64,000 bases of DNA from an uncultured Verrucomicrobiae bacterium. Lineage in GTDB: Bacteria; Verrucomicrobiota; Verrucomicrobiia; Limisphaerales; Palsa-1400. Location: NCBI GenBank assembly GCA_963764165.1, contig CAVXRD010000003.1, forward strand, positions 480,001 to 544,000. The letters run 5' to 3'. Of this stretch, positions 28,778 to 38,037 are shown one piece after another. Position 1 is the first letter of the stretch, and every line of letters begins with the position of its first letter. A model generated the notes under the pieces. That model had not been told where the DNA came from. It made no database searches and worked only from the letters and a program-made list of their open reading frames with translations. A program made the position numbers and the translations under genes.

Positions 28778-31700
28778 ATGAACGTCAAACCTCGTGCGGC
28801 CTTGCCATTATTTTGGATTGTCGCGGCATTTTTGCTGTCCTCCGCGTCGGCCTTATATTCGCAAGTGGCGCCTCCTTTTATTATTCAGCAGCCCCAAGGC
28901 GGCGCGGCTGCCCTTGGGACGAACTTTACTTTTACCGTGACCGCCACGGCGCTGCCAAGCGTTCAGTCAGGAACATTGCAACTTTGGCTTCGCGCCGACG
29001 CGGGAGTTGTCACAAACAGCGGTGGCCTGGTGACAGAATGGGATGATCAATCCGGAAACGGAAATAATGCATTCCAACAAAACTCGAATCAGCAGCCCAC
29101 TTGGGTATCGACCGTTGACGCCATCGATCGTCTGCCTGCTGTTCGGTTCAATGGAATCCAGGATGGCGTTCACGGCAGCTTCCTTTTTAGCCCGGACGCC
29201 GTCGCGGTGCCGAACGCCATGACCACGTTTTGCCTATACAATGCCTTTGTTACAACAAACAGCGAAAATCTCCTGTGGCTTATAGGCGAACCAGGCGTTG
29301 CAGGCGTTTACGGCGCCTGCCGATGCGATGACATACTGGACCAAGACATGCTTTTTTCGACATGGGGAACAGGATACCAAACCGGCTACTATGTCCCGAC
29401 CGAGAATTATCGAATATGGAGCGACCAGACTGACACAAATATGGATTCCCTTGAAATGTTCGACATCGCTTCAAATAGCGTCAATAGTTTTTCCTTCGAG
29501 CTGGGAAATACGTCTCCGACGTCCAGCGGATATTACGTTGGCGGCCTGAATGCGGGCGGAGGGTATGTCGGCAGCAGCCGCTGTTTTAATGGGGATATCG
29601 TCGAATTTCTTGTCTACAGCGGATCCCTCTCTGAAGGCGACAGCCAGGCCGTTCAGAATTATCTTAATCAAAAATACTTTCAAGGGACGCCGCCAGTAAC
29701 GTTTAGTTATCAATGGCAGCTTGATGGAACAAATTTGCCCGGCGCCACGGACTCGTCGTTGACCATCACTAACGTCAGTTCGAGTGACAACGGCACATAC
29801 GCGGTTATCGTGAGCGATGGCGCTGGATCGGTAACCAGTTCCAACGCCGTTCTGTTTGCGGGCGAAGCCGTCACAATTACGACTCAGCCACAGAACCAAC
29901 TAATTCAGATCGGGTCAAACGCGACATTCTCGGTTGTCGCAGCCGGAACTCCGCCTTTTTACTACCAGTGGTATTTTGATGGATCGGAGCTTATGGACGA
30001 GACGAATTCCACGCTCATCATATCCAATGTCCAGACGACAAATTTTGGAGATTATGCTGTGGATGTAAGCAACGGCGGAGGAACCATTGCTAGCTCCAAT
30101 GCAACGCTTGGGGCACTGGTTCCGGCGATAATTCTGGGCCAGCCCCAATCACAATCGGTCGTAGCCGGAAGCAATATAACGCTGGGGGTCTATCTCGAAC
30201 AAAGTGTGTCGGCGTTGCCCAATGTGGCTTCAGGTTCATTGGCGGTTTGGCTGCGAGCTGACTCCGGTGTGGTCACAAACGCCAGCGGCTTGGTCAGCGA
30301 ATGGACGGATTTTTCAGGCAACAACAATAACGTGTCGCAAGCAAATGCCCAATCGCAGCCAAGCTTGGTGTCCGTCCCCTCTCTGGGTGGAAATGCGTCA
30401 GCCGTTCGCTTTACCGGCATTCAGGACAATGTCAACGGGAGCTGGCTTTATGGTTCCGAGATCATCCCGGTTTCCAATGCCATGACAACATTCTGCCTGT
30501 ATAACGCATTCTCCACGACCAATTCAGAAAACCTTCTCTGGCTGATGGGCACGCCAGGCACGTTCGGGGCCAGCCGATGCGACGACATCGTCAGCGGCAG
30601 CATGCTTTTTTCCACTTGGGGCACTGCTTATGCGACGCCAATTGTGGTCCCGACAAACACATATCGAATCTGGACCGACCAACTTAGCTCGAACCTAACC
30701 ACGCTCAGTATCTTTGACGATTTCGCATTTCATGAGACTAACTTCACAGTGACTGCGACCGGCGCAAAAACGCCCGGCCATGGGTTTTACGTCGGCGGCC
30801 TAAATCCAGCCGCTTCGTCTGTCGTCAACAGTCGGTGTTTCAGTGGGGATATTGTTGAGTTTCTTTGCTTTAAAGGCGCTCTTTCCGAAGGCGACAGGGT
30901 TGGCGTTCTTAACTATCTTTATACAAAGTATTTTTATGCAGGCTCTCCAGGCGCAGTAACTTACCAGTGGAGGTTCGATGGCACTAATATCGCCGGAGCG
31001 ACAAACGCAACTTTGACGCTCACCAACGCCCAATCGGGACAGGCTGGTTCCTATTCGGTTGTCGTCACTGGAGCTGCCGGTGGGGCAGTCAGCTCGAATG
31101 CAATCGTAACAGTCAATTCCCCTCCAACAGTCTCCTTTTCACCGAGCAATCAAATTGCAACCATCAACACAAATCTCACTCTGACGCCGGTCGTAAGCGG
31201 CGCTCTTCCGATCAGCTTTCAGTGGCAGTTCGATGGAACCAATATCGCCAGGGCCACGAATGTGTCATTGACATTAACTAATCTTCAGACAACAAATTCT
31301 GGCACCTATTCCATCGTTGCCCGCAACGCTTACGGCACAAATACAGCGTCGATGACGCTTTTCGTTCAGGAGTCCGCAATCCAGGCGCAGAATGCCACCG
31401 GTGCAGGCGGCGAACCTTTGGTAATACATATCGCGTTGAATGCACTGGGAGATGAGGGATTATCGAGTTTCAGTGTTGATTTCAATCCGTCCGTTTTCAC
31501 TTACGTAAGTTCGGCTGCCGGAAGCGCTGCGACTGGCGGAGCGTTTGTCGTAAGCGCAAACAACGCATCGAACGGCTCCGTCGGTTTCCTCGTCGGCCCT
31601 CCAAACGGAACTTATCCGCCCGGTACGAACGACATTGTCGACATCACATTTCTCCTCGCGCCGTCGACAACCGTTTCAACCAACTCGATTACGTTTGGCG

Positions 31701-32683
31701 GTTCCCCTTATCCCGAGGGCCTGTTTGGAGAGCAAAGTCAATCACTGCCGGTGACTTTTGAGCCCGGAACCGTCATCATTACAGCGACTCCCTTCGAGGG
31801 AGACGTCTACCCGCTCCCCAACGGCGACGAGTCAGTCAATGTTCTTGATTGGATTGAAGAAGGCCGGCTGGCGGCGGGGCTGGATTCTGTTTCCAATGGG
31901 GTGGCGTTTCAAAAGGCGGATTGCGCGCCGCGAGCCACTTCTGGCGATGGTCAAATCACGGTGGCGGATTGGGTGCAGGTGGGGCGCTATGCGACCGGCC
32001 TTGATTCGCTGGTCCCAGCCGGTGGGCCGACCAACCCAGCCGCGCCGACGAATGGCTCGCCTTCGGGTCCGAGCGACCTCATTGCGCTGTCGCCGACAAC
32101 ACAGGGCGCGGCGACGAATTCGGTCGCGGTGACGATGGTGGCGCGGGGCGTGGAAACGGCGATGAGCTTTAGCGTGGCGTTTGATCCAACCGTGATGGAA
32201 TACGTTGGCGCTTCGACGGGAAGCGGCGCTCCGGGGGCGACCTTGCTGCAGAACACCAACCAAGCTGCCCAAGGTGAAGTGGGTATCATTCTGGGCCTTC
32301 TGCCGCCCTCGTCGTTTTCTCCCGGAACGAAAACGATGGCCAATCTGACGTTCGTGGCAAAAGCTTACGCCAATGCTTCCGTGTCCTTTGGTGACTTCCC
32401 GATTGTTCGCCAGCTCGTTGACTCAAACGCGTCGTTTCTGGCGACCACATTCCAAAATACAAACCTGACAGTTGCTGGAGGCGAGCCCACGCTGACCATC
32501 AACCGAAGCGGAACAAATGTCGTATTGACATGGTCATCGGCTGCGACGAATTTCACACTGCAAACGGCGGCGGTTTTGCGCCAGTGGACGAACGTCACAA
32601 CCACCCCTGCAATGGTCGGGAATAATTTCGCAGTCACGTCGTCCGTTTCCACCAACGCGCATTATTTCCGGTTGAAACAGTAG
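28778..32683 (+). CDS. Large exported protein: Ig domains, two nested LamG-like domains, cohesin-like/dockerin-like/cohesin-like modules and shared C-terminal domain
   Basis: Signal peptide; four YQW/FQW Ig units; two WLRADxGV...GDIVEFL repeats; FSVDFNP and FSVAFDP cohesin-like strands; duplicated D-x-x-P...GD...DW...GRxAxGLD. Confidence 0.82.
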   Translation: MNVKPRAALPLFWIVAAFLLSSASALYSQVAPPFIIQQPQGGAAALGTNFTFTVTATALPSVQSGTLQLWLRADAGVVTNSGGLVTEWDDQSGNGNNAFQQNSNQQPTWVSTVDAIDRLPAVRFNGIQDGVHGSFLFSPDAVAVPNAMTTFCLYNAFVTTNSENLLWLIGEPGVAGVYGACRCDDILDQDMLFSTWGTGYQTGYYVPTENYRIWSDQTDTNMDSLEMFDIASNSVNSFSFELGNTSPTSSGYYVGGLNAGGGYVGSSRCFNGDIVEFLVYSGSLSEGDSQAVQNYLNQKYFQGTPPVTFSYQWQLDGTNLPGATDSSLTITNVSSSDNGTYAVIVSDGAGSVTSSNAVLFAGEAVTITTQPQNQLIQIGSNATFSVVAAGTPPFYYQWYFDGSELMDETNSTLIISNVQTTNFGDYAVDVSNGGGTIASSNATLGALVPAIILGQPQSQSVVAGSNITLGVYLEQSVSALPNVASGSLAVWLRADSGVVTNASGLVSEWTDFSGNNNNVSQANAQSQPSLVSVPSLGGNASAVRFTGIQDNVNGSWLYGSEIIPVSNAMTTFCLYNAFSTTNSENLLWLMGTPGTFGASRCDDIVSGSMLFSTWGTAYATPIVVPTNTYRIWTDQLSSNLTTLSIFDDFAFHETNFTVTATGAKTPGHGFYVGGLNPAASSVVNSRCFSGDIVEFLCFKGALSEGDRVGVLNYLYTKYFYAGSPGAVTYQWRFDGTNIAGATNATLTLTNAQSGQAGSYSVVVTGAAGGAVSSNAIVTVNSPPTVSFSPSNQIATINTNLTLTPVVSGALPISFQWQFDGTNIARATNVSLTLTNLQTTNSGTYSIVARNAYGTNTASMTLFVQESAIQAQNATGAGGEPLVIHIALNALGDEGLSSFSVDFNPSVFTYVSSAAGSAATGGAFVVSANNASNGSVGFLVGPPNGTYPPGTNDIVDITFLLAPSTTVSTNSITFGGSPYPEGLFGEQSQSLPVTFEPGTVIITATPFEGDVYPLPNGDESVNVLDWIEEGRLAAGLDSVSNGVAFQKADCAPRATSGDGQITVADWVQVGRYATGLDSLVPAGGPTNPAAPTNGSPSGPSDLIALSPTTQGAATNSVAVTMVARGVETAMSFSVAFDPTVMEYVGASTGSGAPGATLLQNTNQAAQGEVGIILGLLPPSSFSPGTKTMANLTFVAKAYANASVSFGDFPIVRQLVDSNASFLATTFQNTNLTVAGGEPTLTINRSGTNVVLTWSSAATNFTLQTAAVLRQWTNVTTTPAMVGNNFAVTSSVSTNAHYFRLKQ

Positions 32684-32829
32684 CCGTCCCTTTTCTTTTT
32701 TCGGCTCGGCAGGGTGCGGCTCCTGGCGAGCTATTTCCCTCTTTTCGAGGATGGCTCGGCGGGAGCCTTGCCCTGCCATATCATCGGTTTTTGTGGCGCG
32801 CGGCGTCGCGTTTGGTTATACCAACGCGC

Positions 32830-33579
32830 GTGAAACATTTACTCGCTCGCTGGTTGTTCTGCGCGCTTATTGCGCTGGCCCCGATCGCAGTTCACGCGGA
32901 GGGCGAATCCGCTCCGGCGCATATGGCGAAATCCAGTACCAAGCCGGCGCCTTGGCCGGGCGGGATTATTCCTTATGATGTTTCCAAACTCACTCCGCCT
33001 CAGCAGAAAATTGCGCAGAAAGCGATGAAACGCTGGGAGGATACAGGAGCTAATATCCAATTTGTCCCGCGGTCGAATCAGGTCGAATACGTGTATTTTA
33101 CAGGACGCACAAATGGTGGAAATAACACCAGCTTGGTTGGTTACAAAAAGGGAGCGCGCGCGGAAATCAACATCACTGCGTTTTGGTGGAACCAGGAGGA
33201 GTGGATGCCCGTCCACGAACTTGGCCACGTCCTCGGATTCGAGCATGAGCACGAACGCTGGGATCGCGATCAATACATCACCGTGCATTACGAAAATATC
33301 AAGGAAGGGCGCGCGGGCGATTATGACTGGATTCCGAAGACTAATTGGATGGTGACCACCCTGCCCTATGATTATCAATCCATCATGCACTATCGCATCT
33401 GCTGGGCGTCGAAATGCGAAGGCGAATGCAAGGACGGCATTGGAAACAGCCCGTGCGCGGTCTTGCAGCCGGTCGATTCAAAATTCGACGGCGTCATTGG
33501 GCAGTGGGGCGACAATCGGGTCAGCGCGCTGGACGCGGAACGAGCGCGCCTTGCTTACGGCGTAAAATCGCCTCATTGA
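32830..33579 (+). CDS. Secreted M12A (astacin-family) zinc metallopeptidase
   Basis: WPGGIIPY, HELGHVLGFEHEHERWDRD and Met-turn YDYQSIMHY; signal peptide; GTG start inferred. Confidence 0.9.
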   Translation: MKHLLARWLFCALIALAPIAVHAEGESAPAHMAKSSTKPAPWPGGIIPYDVSKLTPPQQKIAQKAMKRWEDTGANIQFVPRSNQVEYVYFTGRTNGGNNTSLVGYKKGARAEINITAFWWNQEEWMPVHELGHVLGFEHEHERWDRDQYITVHYENIKEGRAGDYDWIPKTNWMVTTLPYDYQSIMHYRICWASKCEGECKDGIGNSPCAVLQPVDSKFDGVIGQWGDNRVSALDAERARLAYGVKSPH

Positions 33580-33614
33580 TTGCGCCTGCGATCTTGTGCA
33601 GCAGGCTCAAAACT

Positions 33615-34088
33615 TTAATTTGGCGCAGACTCTGAGGCTTGCCACGATACGACCCGCCATTTTCCCTGGCGATGCACATACACCTTCGTGAAGCGCCAAT
33701 CCTCTTGGATTTTCTTGTCCCCGAAGGTTCGCTCCCGAATCAAACGGCCCGTCACGACGGCAGCTTCGCCATAGATGCGGAAAGCGGTGTCGGAGGTTTC
33801 GTAGCGCTGGAACTTCATGCGCCCGGTTCGCCAGATCGCCAGCGATTGCGACTTGTTCATCAACTGCATTTTGGGAACCGTGACAACCAATTCGTCTGCC
33901 CAGAGGTCGTCGAGGGCGGCGGTGTCTCCGCGCAGGTGAGCGTCGTTCCACACTTTTTCGAGGCGCTGAAGTTCGACTTGGTCAGCGGAGTTGGTTGAGG
34001 CGTTCTTGGGTTCCTGGGCGCCCGCAGTCAAAAGTGAAAACGCCAGAAACAGAAGGCTTGCTGCCTTCGTCAGATGAACGAGCTGCAT
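33615..34088 (-). CDS. Secreted NTF2-like (DUF4440/SnoaL-type) protein
   Basis: Signal peptide; WNDAHLRGDTAALDDLWADE...RIYGEAAVVTG...RFTKVYV...GKWRVV. Confidence 0.8.
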   Translation of the reverse strand: MQLVHLTKAASLLFLAFSLLTAGAQEPKNASTNSADQVELQRLEKVWNDAHLRGDTAALDDLWADELVVTVPKMQLMNKSQSLAIWRTGRMKFQRYETSDTAFRIYGEAAVVTGRLIRERTFGDKKIQEDWRFTKVYVHRQGKWRVVSWQASESAPN

Positions 34089-34206
34089 GGATTGATATAA
34101 GGAGCCGGATGAGTTTTTGTCAAGGCTGGGGGCTCATTGGCGCAGGACAGACGCATCTTAATTATTGTGATCTATTGAAAATCAACGAGCGCCAAGCTCG
34201 TTGATT

Positions 34207-34454
34207 GGCAGGGACGCCTCGCCCGAGGCGTCCGGGGTGAGGCATTATTCACGCACAACGCCAGAAGCATTTTCACGCGCAACCGGACGCCTCGGCGGAG
34301 TCTGTCTCAAAACTCAAAAACGGCTTTAAAAAGCACCACCAAAACACCCTCGCCGAAAATAAAAATGCGCCATATCGCAAATGAGAGATTAGTAGTATTG
34401 ACACACTTTGAGGATTTTGTAGTTTTGAGACAATCTCGGCGAGGCGTCCCTACC
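34207..34454. repeat. REP doublet copy 2 (apparently inverted relative to copy 1), interrupted by a MITE
   Basis: GGCAGGGACGCCTCGCCCGAGGCGTCCGGGGTGAGG ... CCGGACGCCTC-GGCG-[insert]-GGCG-AGGCGTCCCTACC. Confidence 0.85.
34298..34437. mobile_element. 140-bp MITE with 17-bp TIRs and a 4-bp TSD
   Basis: Left GAGTCTGTCTCAAAACT, right AGTTTTGAGACAATCTC (15/17 inverted match); GGCG duplicated at 34294-34297 and 34438-34441; AT-rich interior with no transposase. Confidence 0.85.
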
Positions 34455-34492
34455 TCGAAATTAAGATGCGGAGCATGCAGCCGGGCGCAAAA

Positions 34493-37400
34493 CTATTTCA
34501 GAACACGAAAAGAATTTTCCCATGGATCGAATCGGCAGATGGCCTGGTACTCGCACCGATCGCACGCAATTTCAGCGCCTTTTTGATACGGGTTCAGGCC
34601 GATCTCCCCCTCGTAAATTTCCTTCCCCATGCGCGCCAATTCCGCTTCGACGTGATCAAGCATTTCGATGAATGATTCCGGCGCCATCAGATCACTGTTG
34701 CGCGCGTGAGGTTTGCCGTCGGCGTTGATTTTGAATTTGAATTGCGTGCCGCTGTCATCGCCCCGAGCATCGAGATAAGGGAGCGAGGTGAAATCAAAAC
34801 GGCCGCTGTGCTGGAATCGCATTTGCCGGAATTGTTCGCGGGTCGCGAGCATTTCGCGGCGCGTTTTGCCATTGCTGAATCCTCCACGCAGGTTCACATA
34901 AAATACGCCCGCCGGGATAAGCCGTTTGATGCCGAAAACTTTTTCCGAATCCGCGAGGTGCCGGAGAAACCCGAGGTAGGCGGCCAGTTGCAACTGCAAC
35001 CCGTGCCTCATGCGAATGTCCTCCAAATCCTTCGCGCTCGATTTGTAGTCGATCACCACCGCAAGCGCCTCATCGGCGCTGCCAGTCATGCATAAATCGA
35101 TGCGGTCGATTTTTCCTCGAAAAGCGAGTCGCCGCCCTCCGCCGAGATCAATCTCCCAGGCGGGCAAAAGGCCACCCTCCATGCCGAAGGACAATTCCAC
35201 CTCGAACGGGTCGAACTGGTAATGCGCCATCCAATCCACCATCGAGGCCGCGAAATCCTGCAGCGTCTCCGTCACGGCGCGGGCGGAAAAACGGCTCTGC
35301 GCGGTCGATCCTAGCAGGCCCTCGCGAAAGGCCGGGAGGATTTCGTCGACAGCAATTTGAATGCGGCGGCGCGCGTCATCGGGCGTGATGTCGCGCCACT
35401 TCTTATTTTCGCTCCGCAGCGTTCGATGAAATCGCTCCAGCACTTCGTGTTGAAAACTGCCGCGCTCGCGGGCGTCGAGCTCGAATTGCTTGCGCTCCTC
35501 CGCCTTCAAACCGACACGCACAAAAAAACGGTAGGAGCAGGCGGCAAATTCCTCGAGGCGGCTGACGGAAGTGCGCAACGCCGCGCCGTAAAGCCGATCC
35601 GCCTGCCCCGGCTCGAGCGACTGCGGCTGGCGGACAAATTTGAACGACGCCATTTGCTCGCGCAACGACGCGAAGGCCGGGCGTTGCAAAAGCTCCACGA
35701 AGCTCGATGGCTGATTTCCCGCGCGAGCCAGGCGTCCGGCCAGTTCGCATAAATGCTCCGGCTGCTGTGAAGGCGAGACGGTGAATTTCTCGACGCTCCA
35801 TTGCGGAAACATGCGGGCAATAAGGGTAATCAGCGGCGAGGGATTCAGCGTGCTTCCATCGTTGCCTTTTTGCGCATAACTCACGGTCAACTGTTCCGAG
35901 GCGCGCGTGCAGGCGATGTAGCCGAAGAACCGTTCGCGGCTGAGAAATTCCTTCCGCCCGTGGCTCAGGCGGATTTGATATTTCGCCAATTCATCACGGT
36001 CGGCTTCGATCAGCAAATGCCCGCCGGGCGGCTTGGCGGGAAACACCGTTTCATTGACACCAATCAACACAGCCAGCTTGAGTTCGGGATTGCGCGAACG
36101 ATCAATCGCGCCGATCAGCACTTGATCGAGCACGGGCGGAATCACCCCGACACTCAATTGGGCGAGGCCGGATTCGAGGATCGGCAGCCAGTCCCGCAAC
36201 GCCATCGATTCCCCGGCGAAGGCGAGCGCGATGTCCTTAAGCCATTCATTGAGCTGATCCCAAATCGTGCCGTGAACAGCCGCCTCGGAATCCTCGCGGG
36301 CGGTCCATTCCTCAAGTTTCTTCTCGACCTCCAGTTCGCTCCAAAGCTGTTGAATGATTTGGGCCAGCGCCGGGCCGTCGACGCGAAATTGCCGCGAAGT
36401 GAAGGCCGTTTTGAAATCGGAAAACGGGCCGATCCACTTGCGGCGAAATCGTTCAGCCCAATCGGATTTGGCGCTGTCAAACGGGAGCGGGCCAAACCAC
36501 GTCTCCCCTTTCCATCCGCGAGCCATCGCTTCATTTTCGAGACGGTCAATGCCAGCTTCGTCGTTTGTCACGAGGCCGCTCTTGAGCGCGGCGAATAAAT
36601 CCTCGTGCTGCCAGCCGAAGACGGCGGCACGAAGAACGCTGCGTGTCAATTCCGCCAGCGGGTGCTGCGCGACAGGACGGCGGCGATCTAAAAAGAACGG
36701 TATCTCGTAGCGCGCAAACGCCCTGCGCAAATGATCGTGGTAACCGTCCAGAGTTCGCACCAGAACAGCGGCCTCTCGGTAGCGCCCACCCCCGCGAACA
36801 AAGCGCAAAATCTCCCGCGCAGCCATCGTCGCTTCCGCCGCCGGATCCGCGCATTCGACGAGACGCAGAGCGTTTTTCTCCGTTGGGGCGGGATCCGGTT
36901 CGAGCGCGGACGGCACCGCCCAATTCTTCTCCAAATGCCGTAAGACCCGGCTGCCCGCGAATCGGCCTGTGGCGGAATCGCGCCGCAACGTCTCCAGTGC
37001 CACACTCACGCGTGGCAAAGCCGCGAAGCGCCCGTGGCATTGGCGGTACGTTTCTCCAAGCCCCGTCCAAATCGAGAGCCACGACGCCTCGCTGTCTGCC
37101 GAAGATGTTTCGAGGCAGAAATTCAAGCTGGCCTCGCCGCACCGCGCTCCGACGGCGGCCAGCAAATCCAATTCAGACGGCGTCATCTCGGCAAATCCGT
37201 CGAGCCAAAGCGCAGACGCGACGGGCTTTTCCAGTTTTGACTTTGCGAGCGCGTCAACAGCCAGGCCGAAGAGGCATTCCGCATCCTGCAAATTGCGCGA
37301 GCGCAGCCAATTCAAATAGTCCGTCAACAATACGGATAAATCATGCAGCTTGCGCCGGAGCGAATCCGACAAATCTTCGCGCCCGCAAAGCTGCCGCAGA

Positions 37401-38011
37401 ATTTCCGGCGTGATTTGGCGCTGTTGAAGCTCACGCAATTCAACACTGAGCTGCTGCGCGAAACCGGGCAGGCCCGCGCTGGCGTGAAAAATTTGCAACT
37501 CTTTGCGCCTCCGGGCCAGCAGCGCGTGCAGCACCATCACCCGCCCGTCCTCGGACAGCAGTGTTGGCGCGGATTGGCCCGTCAAATCGAGTATGTGATT
37601 GGCCAGGCGTTCGAAGGATAAAATGCGGAGGCGCGTGTAACCTCGCAAATTTTCGTCTGCGAGGAGTTGGCGCTCCAACTGGAAAGTGGCTTGTTTCGGG
37701 GCCAGAAAAATCAGCGGAGGGCCGTCCGAATCGGACCCAAGCCGGGACGATGCCATCGGATTTGGGAGCGCGACCGTCTCGGCCGCTCTGGCCGGCGTCT
37801 CGCCGGACAGTTCAGCAGATTTTTTGCGGTCACCGTTTGGTGAAATGCCTTTGCGCGAAGAGTTTTCAGCGGAAGGCCGAAAACAGCGGTCGAGACGACC
37901 GCGCTCCCCAAATCCAATGGAATCGTTCCGGCTCAGCGCCTCACGAATCTCCGCGAGGCAGCAGAATGTCTTGCCGGATCCAGCCGGGCCTATGATGAAC
38001 CGTGCGCGCAC
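34493..38011 (-). CDS. addB: ATP-dependent helicase/nuclease subunit B (AddB-like, PD-(D/E)XK)
   Basis: IIGPAGSGKT, PKQATFQLE, LDGF, SVSRLEEFAACSY, GKIDRID...IDYKS and ACDRCEYQAICRFD Fe-S staple; GTG start. Confidence 0.9.
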   Translation of the reverse strand: MRARFIIGPAGSGKTFCCLAEIREALSRNDSIGFGERGRLDRCFRPSAENSSRKGISPNGDRKKSAELSGETPARAAETVALPNPMASSRLGSDSDGPPLIFLAPKQATFQLERQLLADENLRGYTRLRILSFERLANHILDLTGQSAPTLLSEDGRVMVLHALLARRRKELQIFHASAGLPGFAQQLSVELRELQQRQITPEILRQLCGREDLSDSLRRKLHDLSVLLTDYLNWLRSRNLQDAECLFGLAVDALAKSKLEKPVASALWLDGFAEMTPSELDLLAAVGARCGEASLNFCLETSSADSEASWLSIWTGLGETYRQCHGRFAALPRVSVALETLRRDSATGRFAGSRVLRHLEKNWAVPSALEPDPAPTEKNALRLVECADPAAEATMAAREILRFVRGGGRYREAAVLVRTLDGYHDHLRRAFARYEIPFFLDRRRPVAQHPLAELTRSVLRAAVFGWQHEDLFAALKSGLVTNDEAGIDRLENEAMARGWKGETWFGPLPFDSAKSDWAERFRRKWIGPFSDFKTAFTSRQFRVDGPALAQIIQQLWSELEVEKKLEEWTAREDSEAAVHGTIWDQLNEWLKDIALAFAGESMALRDWLPILESGLAQLSVGVIPPVLDQVLIGAIDRSRNPELKLAVLIGVNETVFPAKPPGGHLLIEADRDELAKYQIRLSHGRKEFLSRERFFGYIACTRASEQLTVSYAQKGNDGSTLNPSPLITLIARMFPQWSVEKFTVSPSQQPEHLCELAGRLARAGNQPSSFVELLQRPAFASLREQMASFKFVRQPQSLEPGQADRLYGAALRTSVSRLEEFAACSYRFFVRVGLKAEERKQFELDARERGSFQHEVLERFHRTLRSENKKWRDITPDDARRRIQIAVDEILPAFREGLLGSTAQSRFSARAVTETLQDFAASMVDWMAHYQFDPFEVELSFGMEGGLLPAWEIDLGGGRRLAFRGKIDRIDLCMTGSADEALAVVIDYKSSAKDLEDIRMRHGLQLQLAAYLGFLRHLADSEKVFGIKRLIPAGVFYVNLRGGFSNGKTRREMLATREQFRQMRFQHSGRFDFTSLPYLDARGDDSGTQFKFKINADGKPHARNSDLMAPESFIEMLDHVEAELARMGKEIYEGEIGLNPYQKGAEIACDRCEYQAICRFDPWENSFRVLK
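37740..37933. mobile_element. Palindromic MITE/REP-like element inserted in frame in addB
   Basis: ~48-bp imperfect inverted arms (37740-37787 and 37885-37933) with internal hairpins; adds ~65 aa between EIREAL and GSDSDGPPL. Confidence 0.82.
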
Positions 38012-38037
38012 GAGGGTTTGATTCTCATTGAAACTGT

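Noticed and set aside
34365..34675. Small ORFs across the MITE as a possible transposase remnant
   Set aside because: They have no DDE or HUH motifs and run across the element boundary.
37740..37933. Intein or self-splicing intron in addB
   Set aside because: It is too short, lacks the terminal His-Asn and intein blocks, and the DNA is a simple long palindrome.
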